This document shows positions 18,601 to 35,942 of a stretch of 64,000 nucleotides of DNA, one piece after another (within the stretch, counting starts at the first letter, position 1; each line of letters starts with the position of its first letter). The stretch comes from the human T2T-CHM13v2.0 reference genome, Homo sapiens, in NCBI RefSeq assembly GCF_009914755.1, contig NC_060927.1. One strand, written 5' to 3'. The position numbers and the translations under genes are program-made. The notes below the pieces were generated by a model, which made no database searches, had not been told where the DNA came from, and saw only the letters and a program-made list of their open reading frames with translations.

Positions 18601-18877
18601 GGCTGGTTGATCTGAAACAGGTAAAACCACCTCGGGCTTGTGATTGATGTGAAGTGAGGGCAGGCCTGTGGGACTGAGCCTTTGACCTGTGGGGTCTGAT
18701 GCTATATCCAGGCAGATAGTGTCGGAATTGAATTGAATTAAAGGGCACCACATGAATGTCTGCTGTAGAGTTGATTGGTTGCTGGTAGGAAGAAATCCTC
18801 ACACATTTTGGTGACCAGAGGACACAGAAGTATTTTGTGTTGTGAGAGTAGAATACGGGGAGAAGTTTGTTTTTTCT
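18601..18877 (+). mobile_element. MER21 LTR 3' fragment (segment B', similar to 21468-21748)
   Basis: Shares CACACATTTTGGTGACCAGAGGACACAGAA and other blocks with the LTR at 21 kb. Confidence 0.85.
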
Positions 18878-18930
18878 GGGACTAAATCTTTCAAAGTCAC
18901 TGTGTATTTTTTAAGCTTCCAGCACAAATT

Positions 18931-19390
18931 TCTTTTCTGTTATATGTAAGCTCCACAAGGGTAAGGATATTTGTTTTATCATTGTTTGCCCAGCACCTAG
19001 CAGAGTGTCTGGCACAAAGCAGGCATTCAATAAATATTTGTTGCAAGAAAGAGAGAGACAGAGAAGATAGGTCTCTTGTTCCTCAGGTATGTTGACATTA
19101 CAGTGTCTTATGTGGCTTATATCAAGTGAACACAACTCATTCACTGAGAAAAAGAAACTCTAACAAGCTAAAAACAAGGGAGGCCTTGGGCAAAACCAGG
19201 AATTAGGTAAGACTTGTTTTTCATACCCCCTTCTATGCTCTTTCATCAAGCAAAACTCCAACTCTAGTTCTCTTATTCTATTCAGAATATTTCTAGTGCA
19301 GCTATTAATTTACTTTAAGGCATATGGATATTCTCACTATAATTTTGCTTCCCAATGTGTTACACTTCTCTAGGTTACTTACATTTTAAG
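18931..19390 (+). repeat. Local duplication, segment A'
   Basis: Direct copy of 16371-16929 lacking the Alu fragment and the expanded CAA/AAAC run. Confidence 0.95.
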
Positions 19391-19472
19391 GGATGTATAT
19401 TTATATAGAAAAAGAAGTTCAACAGTTTAACAACAATATTAATAAAGAATTGAGAAAAGCTACAATTAAGTC

Positions 19473-19954
<482 letters not shown>

Positions 19955-20469
19955 TAAGATTAACTCTTGGTATGACTTCAAATCATACTTAACAATTATA
20001 AATAGCATGTCCCTCAGTTGCTTATGTAACTTTCTATTCTTAATTTAAATTTTATCTTTTAAAGTGAAATATACACAATGTCAAATGGATAAGTAAGAAT
20101 TATTTGGATATACACCAGTTCAATCATTTTTATGTCTTTAATGATTTAAGATGATAAAAAGGCATTAGTCTTTTTGTTCATGAATTTTAGGAAGTAAATA
20201 AAATTAGAATAAAAATATTATGCAAAGGTTACTACTGTTAGCCATGCTATACAAGTATTTCACTTCCATTCTTCATTTATGGTAGAATAGGCTCTGTGCT
20301 AGGGCCTGTGAATGCAAAGCTGTTCTCTGCCGTTGGAAAGCACAGTGTTGTGAGAGAGATCACTGAGAGCACAGAGGTTCATTATATTAGGGTGTGGTGC
20401 ATGCAAAAGAATATGTACAAGACATAAAAGTAGCACAGAATGAGGAAGAATTGTCATCTTGACAGGTAA

Positions 20470-20815
<346 letters not shown>

Positions 20816-20954
20816 GAACAGGAGATTATTAAGTAGACCAAGCTTGAGGCAAGGAAGGGTACTGGAGGCAAGAAACATCTTGGTGTGCTCAGAGCACTGT
20901 GTGCAGTTTGTTATTGATGAAACAAGGCTAGAGGAATGGCTCCACAGAAGAAAG

Positions 20955-21755
20955 TGTGATAATATGAAATATATATTTGGTCTATGTTTCCTGGTATACA
21001 AATCTTAAAATCTTTGGCTTCCTCAAAGTGCTTTATCTTTTTATCTGCTAATGAATTGACTAATTACTGGCCTCCCCTGGGTAGCTTGCAGAAGGGGGCT
21101 GATCACTGGGAAGATCAAGGCATGATTAGAGGGTTAAGACTTTCAGTCCCACTCCACAACCTCTATTAAGTTGATCACCAATGGTCCACAATTTGATCAA
21201 TCATGCCTAAGTAATGAAGCTTGCATAAAAACCCAAATGGACTGGGTTTAGGGAGCTTCTGAATAGCTGAACACATGGAGGTTCCTGGAGGGTGGTACCT
21301 GCAGGGAAAACATGAGACTTCCCCACATGCCTTGTTCTATACCTCTCTTCATTTGTATCCTCTATAACATCTTTTATAATAAACCACGTAAGTGTAAATA
21401 AAGTGTTTCATTGAGTTCCACAAACCGCTCTAGCAAATTAATTGAACCTGAGGAACCCCAGTTCCTAGCTGGTTGCTCAAAAACACAAGTAAAACAACCT
21501 GGGGCTTGTGACTGATGTGAAGTGAGGACAGTCTTGAGGAACTGAGCCTTTAACCTTTGGCATCTGATGCTATATCCAGGTATATAGTGTTGGAACTGAA
21601 TTGAATTAAAGGGGACCAAGCTGATGTCCTCTGTGGAGTTAGTTGATTGGTTGCTGGTAGGAAGAAATCCCCACACATTTTGGTGACCAGAGGACACAGA
21701 AATACTTTGTGTTGTGAGTATAGAATAGGCGAAAATTTTGTTTTTTCTTCTCAGA
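20955..21755 (+). mobile_element. Solo MER21-family LTR (ERVL class)
   Basis: Starts TGTGATAAT; MER21-type AATAGCTGAACACATGGAGGTTCCTGGAGGGTGG; 5-bp TSD GAAAG at 20950-20954 and 21756-21760. Confidence 0.85.
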
Positions 21756-23114
21756 GAAAGCAAGGCTGAAAAGGTGAAATGAACTAAGCTGAAATGTACT
21801 AAAAGTCTTGAGTACTATGAAAGTTGGCCCAGAAGAGCAGGGATGTGTCTGTTTTACTACTGACATCCCCAGCACAGTGCTTGACACGGGGTAGGCAGGA
21901 AATCAATAAATGAGACCAAGAAGGGCAAAGAAAAGAGAGAGTGAAGGAGTGAACAAGGAGAATGTGCAGCATCAGATACCAAAGTCGAGGCAGGAAAGTT
22001 TTGAAAGGGGGTTGTGGATGGGCGCAGTGAAAGCAGGGGCTTACCTACCTCATCACTCACACATATTTGTGAGTGTGTGAAAAACATTGATTTGTTAAAT
22101 GAAAATATATAAAATATCCTACAATTTCTGGAACCTATCTTGCTATTCCTTAATTTTTTAATATACTTATATCCTCAGCAGGTGAAAACACTCCCACAGT
22201 TAGCCAGGTTCTACCCTCAGATGGTAGAAGTCTGGAGACAAGTCTAGGAGTTGTTGGAACTGTACCATTAGTTGATGGGGCAGTCAGTTCATTTAAAAGG
22301 TCCCCCTGCCCCCCTCCCCACCATTGCAAACATGATGAAAATACTGGCTCTCTTTTCACGCTGCTTCTACCAAGAACTTTCATCGAAAAACGCCACTTGA
22401 AAGAAAATAAAAAGACAGAAGGATGCCACTTGGGAAGAACTGTTTTAGAAGACCTACTGTTCCTGCACCCCCTTGACTAAGGCTCCAGTGCTTGAACCTT
22501 TCGTAACCTCTGGGATGACTTGACTGGGAATCAGAGACCATTTCCATGGAGTGGTAAAAGGAGAGTCTCAGTGCAGTAACTTGAAGGTGAGAAATGGTTG
22601 TGATCCTAGAGACTGTGGCTCTGAAGCACATTTTTTAGGATAAGAGCAAAATATGTTCTCTTTAAAAAGAGAAAAAAAAATCAGAAGTTTGGCTCTCTAC
22701 ATGGAAAAGAGTCCTGTATTATAACAAGAATGTCTTTCTTTACCTTCCACTGCATGTCTTTCTTTACATTTTCATAAACATGCTCACCTCACACTTTTTC
22801 CTTGCTTATCTATTACTAGAATGCCCTCCTCATCCTCTCTGTTCACCTAATGTCCTTTGTTACCAAACATCCGTTCCTCTGCTTCTGGGAGTACTTTCCC
22901 AAATTTCCTTTGAGAGGCCAGCTCACCTATTGTTTGTCACTGGTTTGGGTGGGATTCACTCTGAGCTGTAAGGGTAGGCCTAGATTGGTTTAAAATAATT
23001 CTTACATCCTTTTACCCAGGCAACCATGATTTGTTGAGGAACTGACATGTAACCTTGTCAAGGCCAATCAAAGACTAGGATGTATTTACTAGGAATTCTG
23101 GGATAGATACACTT

Positions 23115-24300
<1,186 letters not shown>

Positions 24301-24499
24301 TGTAATTTTGTTTGGCTTAAAATGAACTGGGAAGAAATACAAAAGTCAGCATTGGAACCCAGTGCCCCTGAGCAGGAGGTCCTGAGATCAGCCTCTTCAG
24401 TCTTTTATAACTAAAAGTAGAATAAGGAGGACAGAGCTAAGAAAAGGGAGAAATTAATCTAAACTAAAAGTTGAAATTATTAAAAAATTAAAAAATAAA

Positions 24500-26480
24500 T
24501 AAAGTAATATGTCCAGAATAGACAAATATATAGGGAAAGAATGTAGATTAATGGTAGTTCAGGGAAGGGGTAGGGTGGGAGTGGGGGTGATGGCCAAGGA
24601 GTGTAGAGTTTCATTTTGTGGTAATAAAAATGTTGTAAAATTGATTGTGGTGATGGTTGCACAACTCTGTAAATGTATTTAAAATTGTTGAATCATACAC
24701 TTTAAAGTAGGTTCATTATAGGGAATATGAATATCTCAATAAAGTTTCAAAAAGAATAAGTTAATATGAGAAAAATAGATAGACTTGAAAAATAATCTAA
24801 TAAAACTTCTGGAGGTGAAAGATAGTCTCTAAAAGTGAAAACTCAGTAAGTATGTTAAACAGAAAAGTAGACTTAGTTAAAGGGAGAACTGGTAAACTGG
24901 AAAATAGTTTAATAAAATTCATGGAAAGCAACACAGAGAAAGAAATATATGAGAGATTAAAAACCCACATTTGTCTATAAAGAGTTCCAGAGAGAATAGA
25001 GATAATGAAGGAAAGGCAATATTTGAAGTGATAATAACAGAATTTTCCAGAATTGAAAAATGACGGATTCTCAGATCAAGAAGCACACAAAGTCCTGTGT
25101 AGAATAAATAAAAATAAATTTTAGCCTAAATGGATCTTAATGAACTCAGAGAACACAAAGTGAAAATCTTAAAAGCAATTATAGAGAAAATCAGAAATAA
25201 CAAAAGGATAAACCCCCAACAGCTCAAAGCAATAACAAAGACCAGAAGATTTTGACTGTGTTGGGGGGAAATAATCATCATTTCAAGTAAAGAAGAAGTA
25301 AATATATTTCATTCAATAGATAATTCAAGGGTGAAGGGGAAACAAATATATTTTTAGCCAAAGATTGATAGTTTATTACTCCAAACGTATGATAAATCAA
25401 TGCTAGGAAGGACATTAGATTCGGAATGAGGGAATGATATGCAAGAAACAAGATAGTGATTTTTTTTTAAATCCCTGACAGAAAAAATATGACGACTAAT
25501 TTGGGAATTTTTTTTCTTCCTAATAAAGTGGAACAAAATATTAGCTACTAATATGTTAGATCGATCAGAAAAATAACAAAAGCATTGTTAGGGAGAAAAA
25601 AGGGAAGTTACATAAAGACAGAAGAAAAATTCACCTGGAAAAATGTAATAATCCTGAACTAACTTACATGTACCTCCCTACATAGCTTCCAAAGATACAT
25701 TTCTTAAAGATCAGTAGAACCACCTGGAGAAGTTGATAAATTTCCAGATGTATAGATATTAATATTACCTCTTTCAGGAACTGATAAATCCAAAGAAAGG
25801 AAATAAATAAGCATACAGAAATTAAGGCATCACTTTCAATGCTCTTGATCTAATACATATTTGGAACCTCACACTTAGTAATTAGAAGTAGATATTTTCT
25901 CACATTTTCAGTATTAAAAAGAAATTGATTATGTACTAGCTCACAAAATTTAAAAATCAATAGCAGGTGACCAATATATTCATATTTTTGGAAATTTAAA
26001 TATGATTTCTTAGTAATTTGTGTGTCACTCAAGAAATAATAATGGAAATTGGAGGATATTTGTATCTAAATATACATTGCTTTATTTATTTATTTATTTA
26101 TTTATTTAGAGACAGGGTCTTGCTCTGTCACCCAGGCTGGAATACACTGGTGTGTGCAAGACTCACTGTAGCTTGGGCTCAAGCAACCCTCCCACCTCAG
26201 CCTCCTGAGTAGCTGGGACCACCATACCCAGCTAATTTTTAAATTTTATGTAGAGACAAGGTCTCTCAATATTGCGCAGGCTGGTCTCAAACTCCTGGGC
26301 TCAAGCAACCCTCCTGCCTGGGCCTCCCAAAGTGCTCAGATTATAAGTCTGAACCACCATGCGTAGCCTGCCCTATATATTTATATCTAAATGAAATTAC
26401 TCTGTATCAAAACTTGTTAAATGCAGCTAAAGCAATACTTATGAGGAAATGTGTAGCCTAATGAGTGTTAGATAGTGATT
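24500..26480 (+). mobile_element. Ancient L1M fragments
   Basis: L1MB/MC-like 3' end at 24500-24730 followed by degenerate ORF1/ORF2-like A-rich sequence. Confidence 0.6.
26081..26371 (-). mobile_element. AluJ with (TTTA)n tail
   Basis: Antisense dimer. Confidence 0.92.
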
Positions 26481-27169
26481 CAATCAGAAAAGTCTTTCTT
26501 TTCTTCTTTATTACTTCTGCAAACAAATTTAGAATGTATCTCAAAAATAAAAACTTAAAAAACCTTTTTGTTGCAGTATACATACAGAAAAGTACTCAAC
26601 TCAGCAACAATGTCTATGTATCTTATGTATAATGGATTTGATGTGGAGAAGTATAAAATGTGATTAAAATTTATAATATTAAAATGATAATCCGCATCAT
26701 TTTATATCCCCAACAATAAAAATAAACTGTTTTCAATACAATATCACTATTAATAGTCTACTTCCTAAGAATAGATGTAAATCTATCAAGCAAAGATGAT
26801 CTAGCACACCAAACAGAAAATATAAATCTGGTAAGTAAATATATGAAAGAACCTTTTGAAACAGTCCAATTTTGTTCTATATCCCATAGATACTAGAGAA
26901 TTATTAGATATCACATAGGGTTCCAGCAGGGTTCCAGCAGTGAAGCGTGTTTAATGCAAGGTCTGTTTACAAAGGTATGGGCAAGGTTAAGAACAAGCAA
27001 CAAGGCATGATGAAATTCTTGAGAATTTGTTCCCCACCCCCAGGCATCTTGAAAGGAGCTATATCCTTTGGTAGAGAAACACAGCCAGTCGCCCCAACCT
27101 GTGGCTTGACATGGAAGGAGTCCAAAGAACAAATGTCCCCCACACACCCTCCACCAGTCCTACCAGAGC

Positions 27170-27975
27170 CAGCAAGCTACTCACTCACACTGGGAGGGCC
27201 CAGAGACCTGCCTTTCATCTATACTTTGAGAAATAAATTTGTGACAAGGAGCTCCAGCATCCTTAAAAGCTCTGTGACCATTCTTCTCTGTCAGCCAGAC
27301 CTTACAATGGGAACTGCAGCCATTCAATTGGAAAACTTAAATGTGGTGAGAGTATTTGGATCCTGAGGTGTCAGGAGCCAAGTGGTGGCATTCGACTGCC
27401 AAAGGTAAGGCAGGCATAGTTAGCATAATTGGCAGCAGATTCAAACAGCAATCAGAACAGTCTGCCAGTGCAGACCTATGGCATCATGGTGTTCTTAGAA
27501 GTGAAAGGGGTAGAAAAACTACTAAATTCTTAGTTAATCTGTATATGCAAATAAATTCTGGACCCAATGAACAAAAGTATAAAATGAATCATAAAAACAG
27601 ACTCATGGCTTCTCAATCAATTCCCAGACTTGAGCCAGTTTACAGACACAGAATCAGGTCTGTAAACTCCCCAAAAGGGGAGGCCAGGTGCCCTAGAGGA
27701 AGAACCCTGGTATACTATGGAAAATAACTACTGTTAATCTTTTTTCCAGCCTTCCCTGAAGGGACCTACAGCCTTTCCTCAGGGTAACTGTGCATTGGGG
27801 AAAATGAAATAACCAGCTTTTAGGGGGACTACTTGGCACTGGCTCTGAACTGACACTTATTCCAGGAGACCCAAAATAACCCTATGGCCCTCCACGCAGA
27901 GTAGAGTCTTATGGGGGTTGGAAGATCAATAAATTTTAGCTCAGGTCAATCTCACAGTGATTCCAGTGGGTCCTT
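27170..27975 (+). mobile_element. ERVL internal fragment (gag-protease, disrupted)
   Basis: About 27825-27880 translates as GLLGTGSELTLIPGDPK, the ERVL protease motif with the catalytic Asp lost; upstream LRNKFV and PDLTMGTA gag-like stretches. Confidence 0.85.
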
Positions 27976-30667
27976 AAACCCAACTAACTAGGGGGATCTC
28001 ATACGCTACAGGAATGAGCCTGCACTAGTACCCCTGCCAGGCTCAGTCATTCACTGGGAGCAGCCTGGAGAAAATGTGGCCTCAAAGAATGTGATGGTGG
28101 ATCCACAGGTGTGGCCGCTGGGGTTGTCAATCAACTCCTAAGATCTGAGAGGCTTACTTTTCATGGCCACTGCACACGTCACTTACCTCTTTGTGAATTT
28201 GAGTACTAAGAGGAGAAAAAATGAAATGTACTTATTACAATTAGTGTTATAGGGGGAAGAATCAAAAGCTATGTAGATGGAATAACGTGGGGGCACACAA
28301 AGACCCTTTATGCTCTTGAAATATGCTCTACTATGCTGTCACAGCACTTACATTACCAACCATTAGTTTTTTCCCTTGGGTCAAAGCTTTAAAGACATAT
28401 ATTACAGGTATTCATTGGAAAAGCTGATCTTTAGGACATGCCCAGCCATATCAATTTTTTGCTCAGAGGGCACTCTGTTAGCCTCTGGTGTAACACATGT
28501 CCTACCTCATGTTACCATTAATTTACCTTGCTATCTTCTCCAGAGGGTAAGAGTTGTGTCTTATTTGATTTTATAACACATCTGACACTGACACATAGTG
28601 AGTTTTAAAGAAATGATGAGTGAGTGAAATGATTGAATGTGTGAATTAATGAGAGTTTGTTATCTAAGGAATCCAGAAGAAGTGGCCTATAGAGGAGGTA
28701 AACTTAGGTGAGGGCTAAAAGAGATGCCTCACTGTTGTGTAGTGGGGATTGATGAATACCTGGGAAGTGTGTGTGGAAGGAGGGGAGCCTTAGCTAATAC
28801 GTGTCGACTTCATGATATTCCCTTGGTCTAACTGTTGTTCAGTCTGCAATTCATTGTCATGTTGATACTACACTTTATCTGTTTTTCTCAACTTCCCCCC
28901 AAAGCTCTGTCTACTGGAGGTCAGAATAACCTGTTAACTCAGAAATTCTAGTAAAAAACAGCAAAAACCAGTCATACTGTTAGGTGTAATAGAAAGGGCA
29001 AACAAATTGACTTCTACCTCTGAATTGATTGCTTTGGCATTTACAAATGCCAGTGCTTGTATAAAAGGATAGACTTCTTAAGGAAAAGGTCTTGGGACAA
29101 ACTTTTTCATCAGAACTCTATGGTTGGTCTGAAGTTGGAGCTCCTGTCATATAAGCTCCAGTTACAATCAAAGTAAGACTAATGTATTTGCAAAATAGGT
29201 TTAGTCTCATTAAACTTGCCCTGATTATTTTATATAACTGCAGCAAGAATAACCATATAGGCTCTTTTTAAATTTGCTTTGCTGTAAATTTTGCCAAGGA
29301 ATCTCAGATTAGACTTTAAAAAAATTGCTGTGCACTAGGAAGCCAAACCAAGGTAGACATCAGACTTTGCCTGCAGTATCTAATATCTGAAGATTCCTTG
29401 ACCTGCCAGAAAGTGGCAATTTTTACACACTCACTGTAAGGGTGGGAACCCTTGAAGCCAGGCATTTTATGCACATTCTCAAATATGACATTCCAGTGAA
29501 AGTGTTGGTAATATAACCAATGCTTCTGACTGTATCCCGTTATGAAGAGGACAAGTTATTATTGAATTGATTCAAATAATCTTATTGTCATAAAAGTCAG
29601 AATACTCACAAATATTGTCCAAATTCTGGAAAGATCATGCAGAGAGAAAAAGCAAATGTTTCCATTATTATTTGCAAAAGTGTACTTTACCAAATTTCTG
29701 TAAACTACAGATAACTTAAAAAAAATTTTCTTAAATCTGAAAAACAAAACTTTAAAAGAACCAACAATGTTTCAAATTTACAAAGCCATAAAAACCCATA
29801 ATTCTTCTTCATCAGTTCATTCAGTTTCATGTAATTAATTCTTGTTCTGCTTGGTCTTGGTTAGCCGTTTCATAAATTCATCAGTTTCTTCATTTGAGTG
29901 TTAGAAATATGAGTGTTAGAGATCGTCCCATGGTATGATCTTCAAATTATCAGAAACTTGTATTTATCAGGGTTATTTTCGTCCTTTCCATGAACCTCCT
30001 TGAAAACACAACACTGTGTAATATTGTTGCTTATAAAAAGTTTTCACAAAGGCATCAGAATAAAGCAACAAGACTTGAAATGTCCATGGTTAAAAACCTG
30101 ATGAGAGTTTTTAACTCTCATCAGAGATGAGATGTCAATTGATGATGTCCATCATCTGATGATGATGCAATTGACAACTGACCAAGAAATTTGGTTATTT
30201 CTGTGGCATACAATATGTTAATATAATAACCAGAATTATAATAGATAACATACTAGATTTCTTAGATTTTTATTCAGTTTTGTGCACATATCAACAACAC
30301 AACCATGCAAATACAACTCAAAGAAGAGTACACGTAATTTCTTACTTTGACAATGCTCTCTGCATAATTTAACATATCACATAAACAGAATTGGCTTAAT
30401 ATGTCTCTTTCCTACTTTCAGGGGCTCTTCTGAAATGTCCCAAAGTTAGTTTGAGGTAAAAAAAAAAGGACAATTTTAGAATTTGATTTGGGGAAATTTA
30501 TCAAACATATCAAAAGGTTTAAAACACTTGATCAAAATAGGATCACAGGTGACTGTAAAATAACAGTCATTCATTTGACCACAGTGATAATTAAAAGGCT
30601 TCAAAGGCAAATGCAGAAGATTACATACAAAACCTTCTGTAAAAAACCTTAATTCTTTCAAGACTGT

Positions 30668-31052
<385 letters not shown>

Positions 31053-31658
31053 TAGTTTTCTTAAGTAATGAAAGACCTAATAAAGAAATCACGAGGCATA
31101 AGAAATTACTTTGATAAAACACAAAATCTTTTGTTTCATAGGTCAATTACTTAGAAGGTAAAGAAAAAGCTTTTATTATTATTTCTTATTAAGAGGAGTA
31201 AATACTCTAGGAAAACTTTGTTGTTTTAAGACGGGAGCATTTTATTTCACATCAGTGTACTTTTCATATTAAGGCTTAATTTTTAGAAAAACCTAAAAAC
31301 AATTTTCTTCTACTTTTAGCCAAATTGATTACACACAAAATTTCTTTCATAAGGAATAGAAAGGAGATAAGATTAATCTCCCACAAATGTATCACTTGCT
31401 TACACCTTCAGTTTTGTCCTATACTTACTTCCTTCTCATATTGGAACAGCCAATCATTCTACCTTATGACAAAAATTTACTTTCCTTTTCCCCTTATCCT
31501 TTTGACCACACAAATTCTCTCTTATACCAAAAAAAGAAAAAAATATTTCTCTTTTTAACTATATGCTTTTACCAAAAAATATATCCTCATACTTATAATA
31601 ACCTTCCTCACATCTCTTTCTCCTACCTACTGATTCTTGCCTGCCTTGTTTTTATTTC

Positions 31659-31971
<313 letters not shown>

Positions 31972-32117
31972 TATTTCATTCTTAAATCCATATTTTGAAA
32001 CAACTTTTAAATAATTTTGAATCACTTTGTAACAAAAATATGTCCTCCTGTCTCCTGTCTTTATAACAATTTTTCTCACCAAAATGTACCTTACTTTACT
32101 TTACATATAGAATTGTT

Positions 32118-32425
32118 TCTTTTCTTTTTTTTTTTTTTGAGACGGACTCTCGCTCTGTCGCCCAGGCTGGAGTGCAGTGGCGCCATCTCGGCTCACTGCA
32201 AGCTCTGCCTGCCTCCCGGGTTCACGCCATTCTCCTGCCTCAGTGTCCCCAGTAGCTGGGACTACAGGCGCCCGCCACCACGCCCGGCTAATTTTTTTGT
32301 ATTTTTTAGTAGAGACGGGGTTTCACTGTGTTAGCCAGGATGGTCTCAATCTCCTGACCTCGTGATCCTCCCGCCTCGGCCTCCCAAAGTGCTAGGATTA
32401 CAGGCGTGAACCAACGCGCCCGGCC
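32118..32425 (-). mobile_element. AluY
   Basis: GCAAGCTC, TTCACGCCATTCT, GTTAGCCAGGATGG; CpGs retained; TSD TAGAATTGTTTCT. Confidence 0.95.
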
Positions 32426-32647
32426 TAGAATTGTTTCTCTTATTTCTAGTACTTTTAATTATATATATAAATTAGAATTTTAATTCTTAGCCATTGTGAC
32501 CTAGAATACTGAAGACTAATTCCATTTCATAGTTTCTAGAAATATGTGCTTCTTCTATGTATAATTTTTTAGTGTGGAACAGGACATATTTACTGACAGA
32601 CCTAAGTATGTTTTGTCTTTCTATAAAATTTAAGAAGCTGAAACTAA

Positions 32648-32975
<328 letters not shown>

Positions 32976-33116
32976 TTATTCTTGAAAAAGTATAAATTTT
33001 TACCTCATTTACATCTAATTTATTTATTTTAACAATTATGCTTGAACTGTTCATGAAAATTATGCAACATTGAACAAAACTAGTTAGCCATGATCTCACA
33101 TTGTTTCCCTGTTACC

Positions 33117-33424
33117 TTTTTTTTTTTTTTTTTTTTTTTTTTAGACGGAGTTTTCCTCTGTTGCCCAGGCTGGAGTACAATGGCATGATCTTGGCTCACT
33201 GCAGCCTCTGCTTCCTAGGTTCCAGCAATCCTCCTGCTTCAGCCTCCTGAGTAGCTGGGATTACAGGCGCCGGCTACCATGCCTGGCTAATTTTTGTATT
33301 TTGAGTGGAGATGGGATTTCACCATGTTGGCCAGGCTGGTCTCAAACTCCTGACCTCAAGTGACTTGCCCGCCTCTGCCTCCCAAAGTGCTGGGATTACA
33401 GGTTCAAGCCACCACACGTAGCCT
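33117..33424 (-). mobile_element. AluS
   Basis: Full antisense dimer. Confidence 0.94.
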
Positions 33425-34115
33425 CCTGTTGACCATTTTAAAAACATGGGAATGTTGGGTAATCATCACCAAAGCAAGGATCCTAAAGTTAGAGACATGA
33501 GCGTTGTGCTGATGAGAATATACAGTTTTTGTTTGTTAAACCAATATTTGACTAGTCTTATTTACCAAATATTTGTCCAAATTACATGAACTAAAAGGCA
33601 TTTAAGTTAGTTTCTATTTTCTTGATAAAATACTTAAGTGCTGATTTTTTCTTTAATTAGAACTCTTTCATACATTTTGATAGAGAACTATCACACACAC
33701 GTAACACATATAGACACACAGACATACAGACTTACAGAACAGACAAAAGGAGATCTAGCTTTTTGCCAAATTGATTACACGCAAAATTCTTCATTTGCCA
33801 GTTTTCACGTAGTTTTTCTCGTCCCTTTCAGGTCTTCGATCCTGTCACTAGTTGTTAGCTAGGCAACCCTAAATTGGCACTTCCAAAGTTATGACTCCTA
33901 GATGAAACAAGGTAGAAAATTTACATCTCAAAGACACAGAGCTTAGATCTAAACATTATTATTTGCAGAAACAAGGAAGGCAGAGGTAAAGTTCCAGGTA
34001 AGAAAAGATGGCCAGGAAAAGCACCTTAAAATTTCTAGTGACTTACATACAAAGAGGGAGACACTCTTACATACAGAGATTTCCTGTATACATGTAAATT
34101 TTACAAAAAGTTTCA

Positions 34116-34418
34116 GGCTGGGCACTGCGGCTCATGCCTATAATCCCAACACTTTGGGAGTCTGAGGCAGGTGGATAACCTGAGGTCAGGAGATCAAGAC
34201 CAGCCTGGCCAATACAGTGAAACCCGTCTCTACTAAAAATACAAAAATTAGCTGGGCGTGGTGGCACATGCCTGTAATCCCAGCTACTCAGGAGGCTGAG
34301 GCGGGAGAATCACTTGAACCCACGAGGCGGAGGTTGCAGTGGGCCAAGATTGTGCCACTGCACACCAGCCTGGGTGACAGAGTGAGACTCCGTCTCAAAA
34401 AACAAACAAACAAACAAA
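34116..34418 (+). mobile_element. AluS with (CAAA)n tail
   Basis: Full dimer; TSD AAAGTTTCA. Confidence 0.95.
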
Positions 34419-35305
34419 GTTTCAAAATAGCTGGCTAAATTTCAGAAAGCTATATTTTGGAGCCTGATTTAGTTTAATAGGCAGTTTTTTCAACTAATTT
34501 TTAAATGAGATTATTGACTTTAGGGCAGAGTTCACTGACATATAGGGCAAATAAAGCATTTTCTAGGCCTGCTTGACCTGGGAGTCTAACTTTTATAAAC
34601 ATTTTATTTAGCTGTATTTTTGTCTTTGGGATGGGATAGTAACTAAGTGAAAAAGTTGGTATATTTAATTCATATCAATTAGCCATTTAAGCTCTTTGTT
34701 TGGTCTTTTTTAAAGAGCCTTTTAAAGGAGGCAATAAAACAATTTAAAATATCCTTAGATGATTCAATGTTGTTCATCTGGAATGTTCCACATAATGACC
34801 ATTGCAATTTTAAATGATTTTTATGAAGATTTAACCATTATTATAAGTATTTGCAGCTTCTAGGGCCTAATACGTATACAGCTGACCGCTGAAAACACGG
34901 CAGTTTTGCACTGCACAGATGGACTTCTGTGCATTTTTTTCAATAAATATATTGGAAAAGTTTTTGGAAATTTGCGACAATCTGGAAAATATGCATAAGC
35001 TGTGGAAGCCTAGGAATATCAAAAAATTAAGCAAAAGTTAAGTATGTCACACATGCATAAAATATATATGGTCTGTTTTATCATTTGATACAATAAAATA
35101 CAAATTCATTTTAAGAAGTGCTATAGCTTAGATGTTTGACCCCTCCAAACTTCACGTTGAAATTTAATTACCAATGTTGGAGATGGGATCTGATAGGAGA
35201 TATTTGGGTCTTGGGGCAGATAACTCATGAATAGATTAATGCCCTCCCTGGGTATAGGGCTATAGTGAGTGAGTTTTCACTCTGTTAGTTCCCATGAGAC
35301 CTGGG

Positions 35306-35623
<318 letters not shown>

Positions 35624-35637
35624 TAAAAAGATCCTAA

Positions 35638-35942
35638 GGCTGGGTATGGTGACTCATACCTGTAATCCTAGCAGTTTGGGAGGCTGAGGCAAGAGGATCA
35701 CTTGAGGCCAGGGGCTTAAGACCAGCCTGAGTAACATAGCAAAACCCCATCTCTACCAAAAAATAGAAAAAATAGCCAGCATGGGTTGCATGCCTGTAGT
35801 CCCAAGCTACTAGGGAAGCTGAGGTGGGAGGATTGCTTGAGCGTAGGAGGTAGAGGCTGCAGTGAGCCATGATTGTGCCACTGCACTCCAGCCTGGGTGA
35901 CCGAGTGAGTCCCTATCTCCAAAAAGATAAATAATTAAAAAG
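35638..35942 (+). mobile_element. AluJ
   Basis: Sense dimer, head-to-head with the preceding Alu. Confidence 0.92.

Noticed and set aside
24562-24587. Five-tract G-quadruplex motif
   Set aside because: It is the ordinary G-rich tract of an L1 3' UTR.
26947-27727. 139-aa and 123-aa ORFs as a domesticated gag gene
   Set aside because: This is an ERVL remnant with stops and frameshifts, and the protease catalytic Asp is lost.
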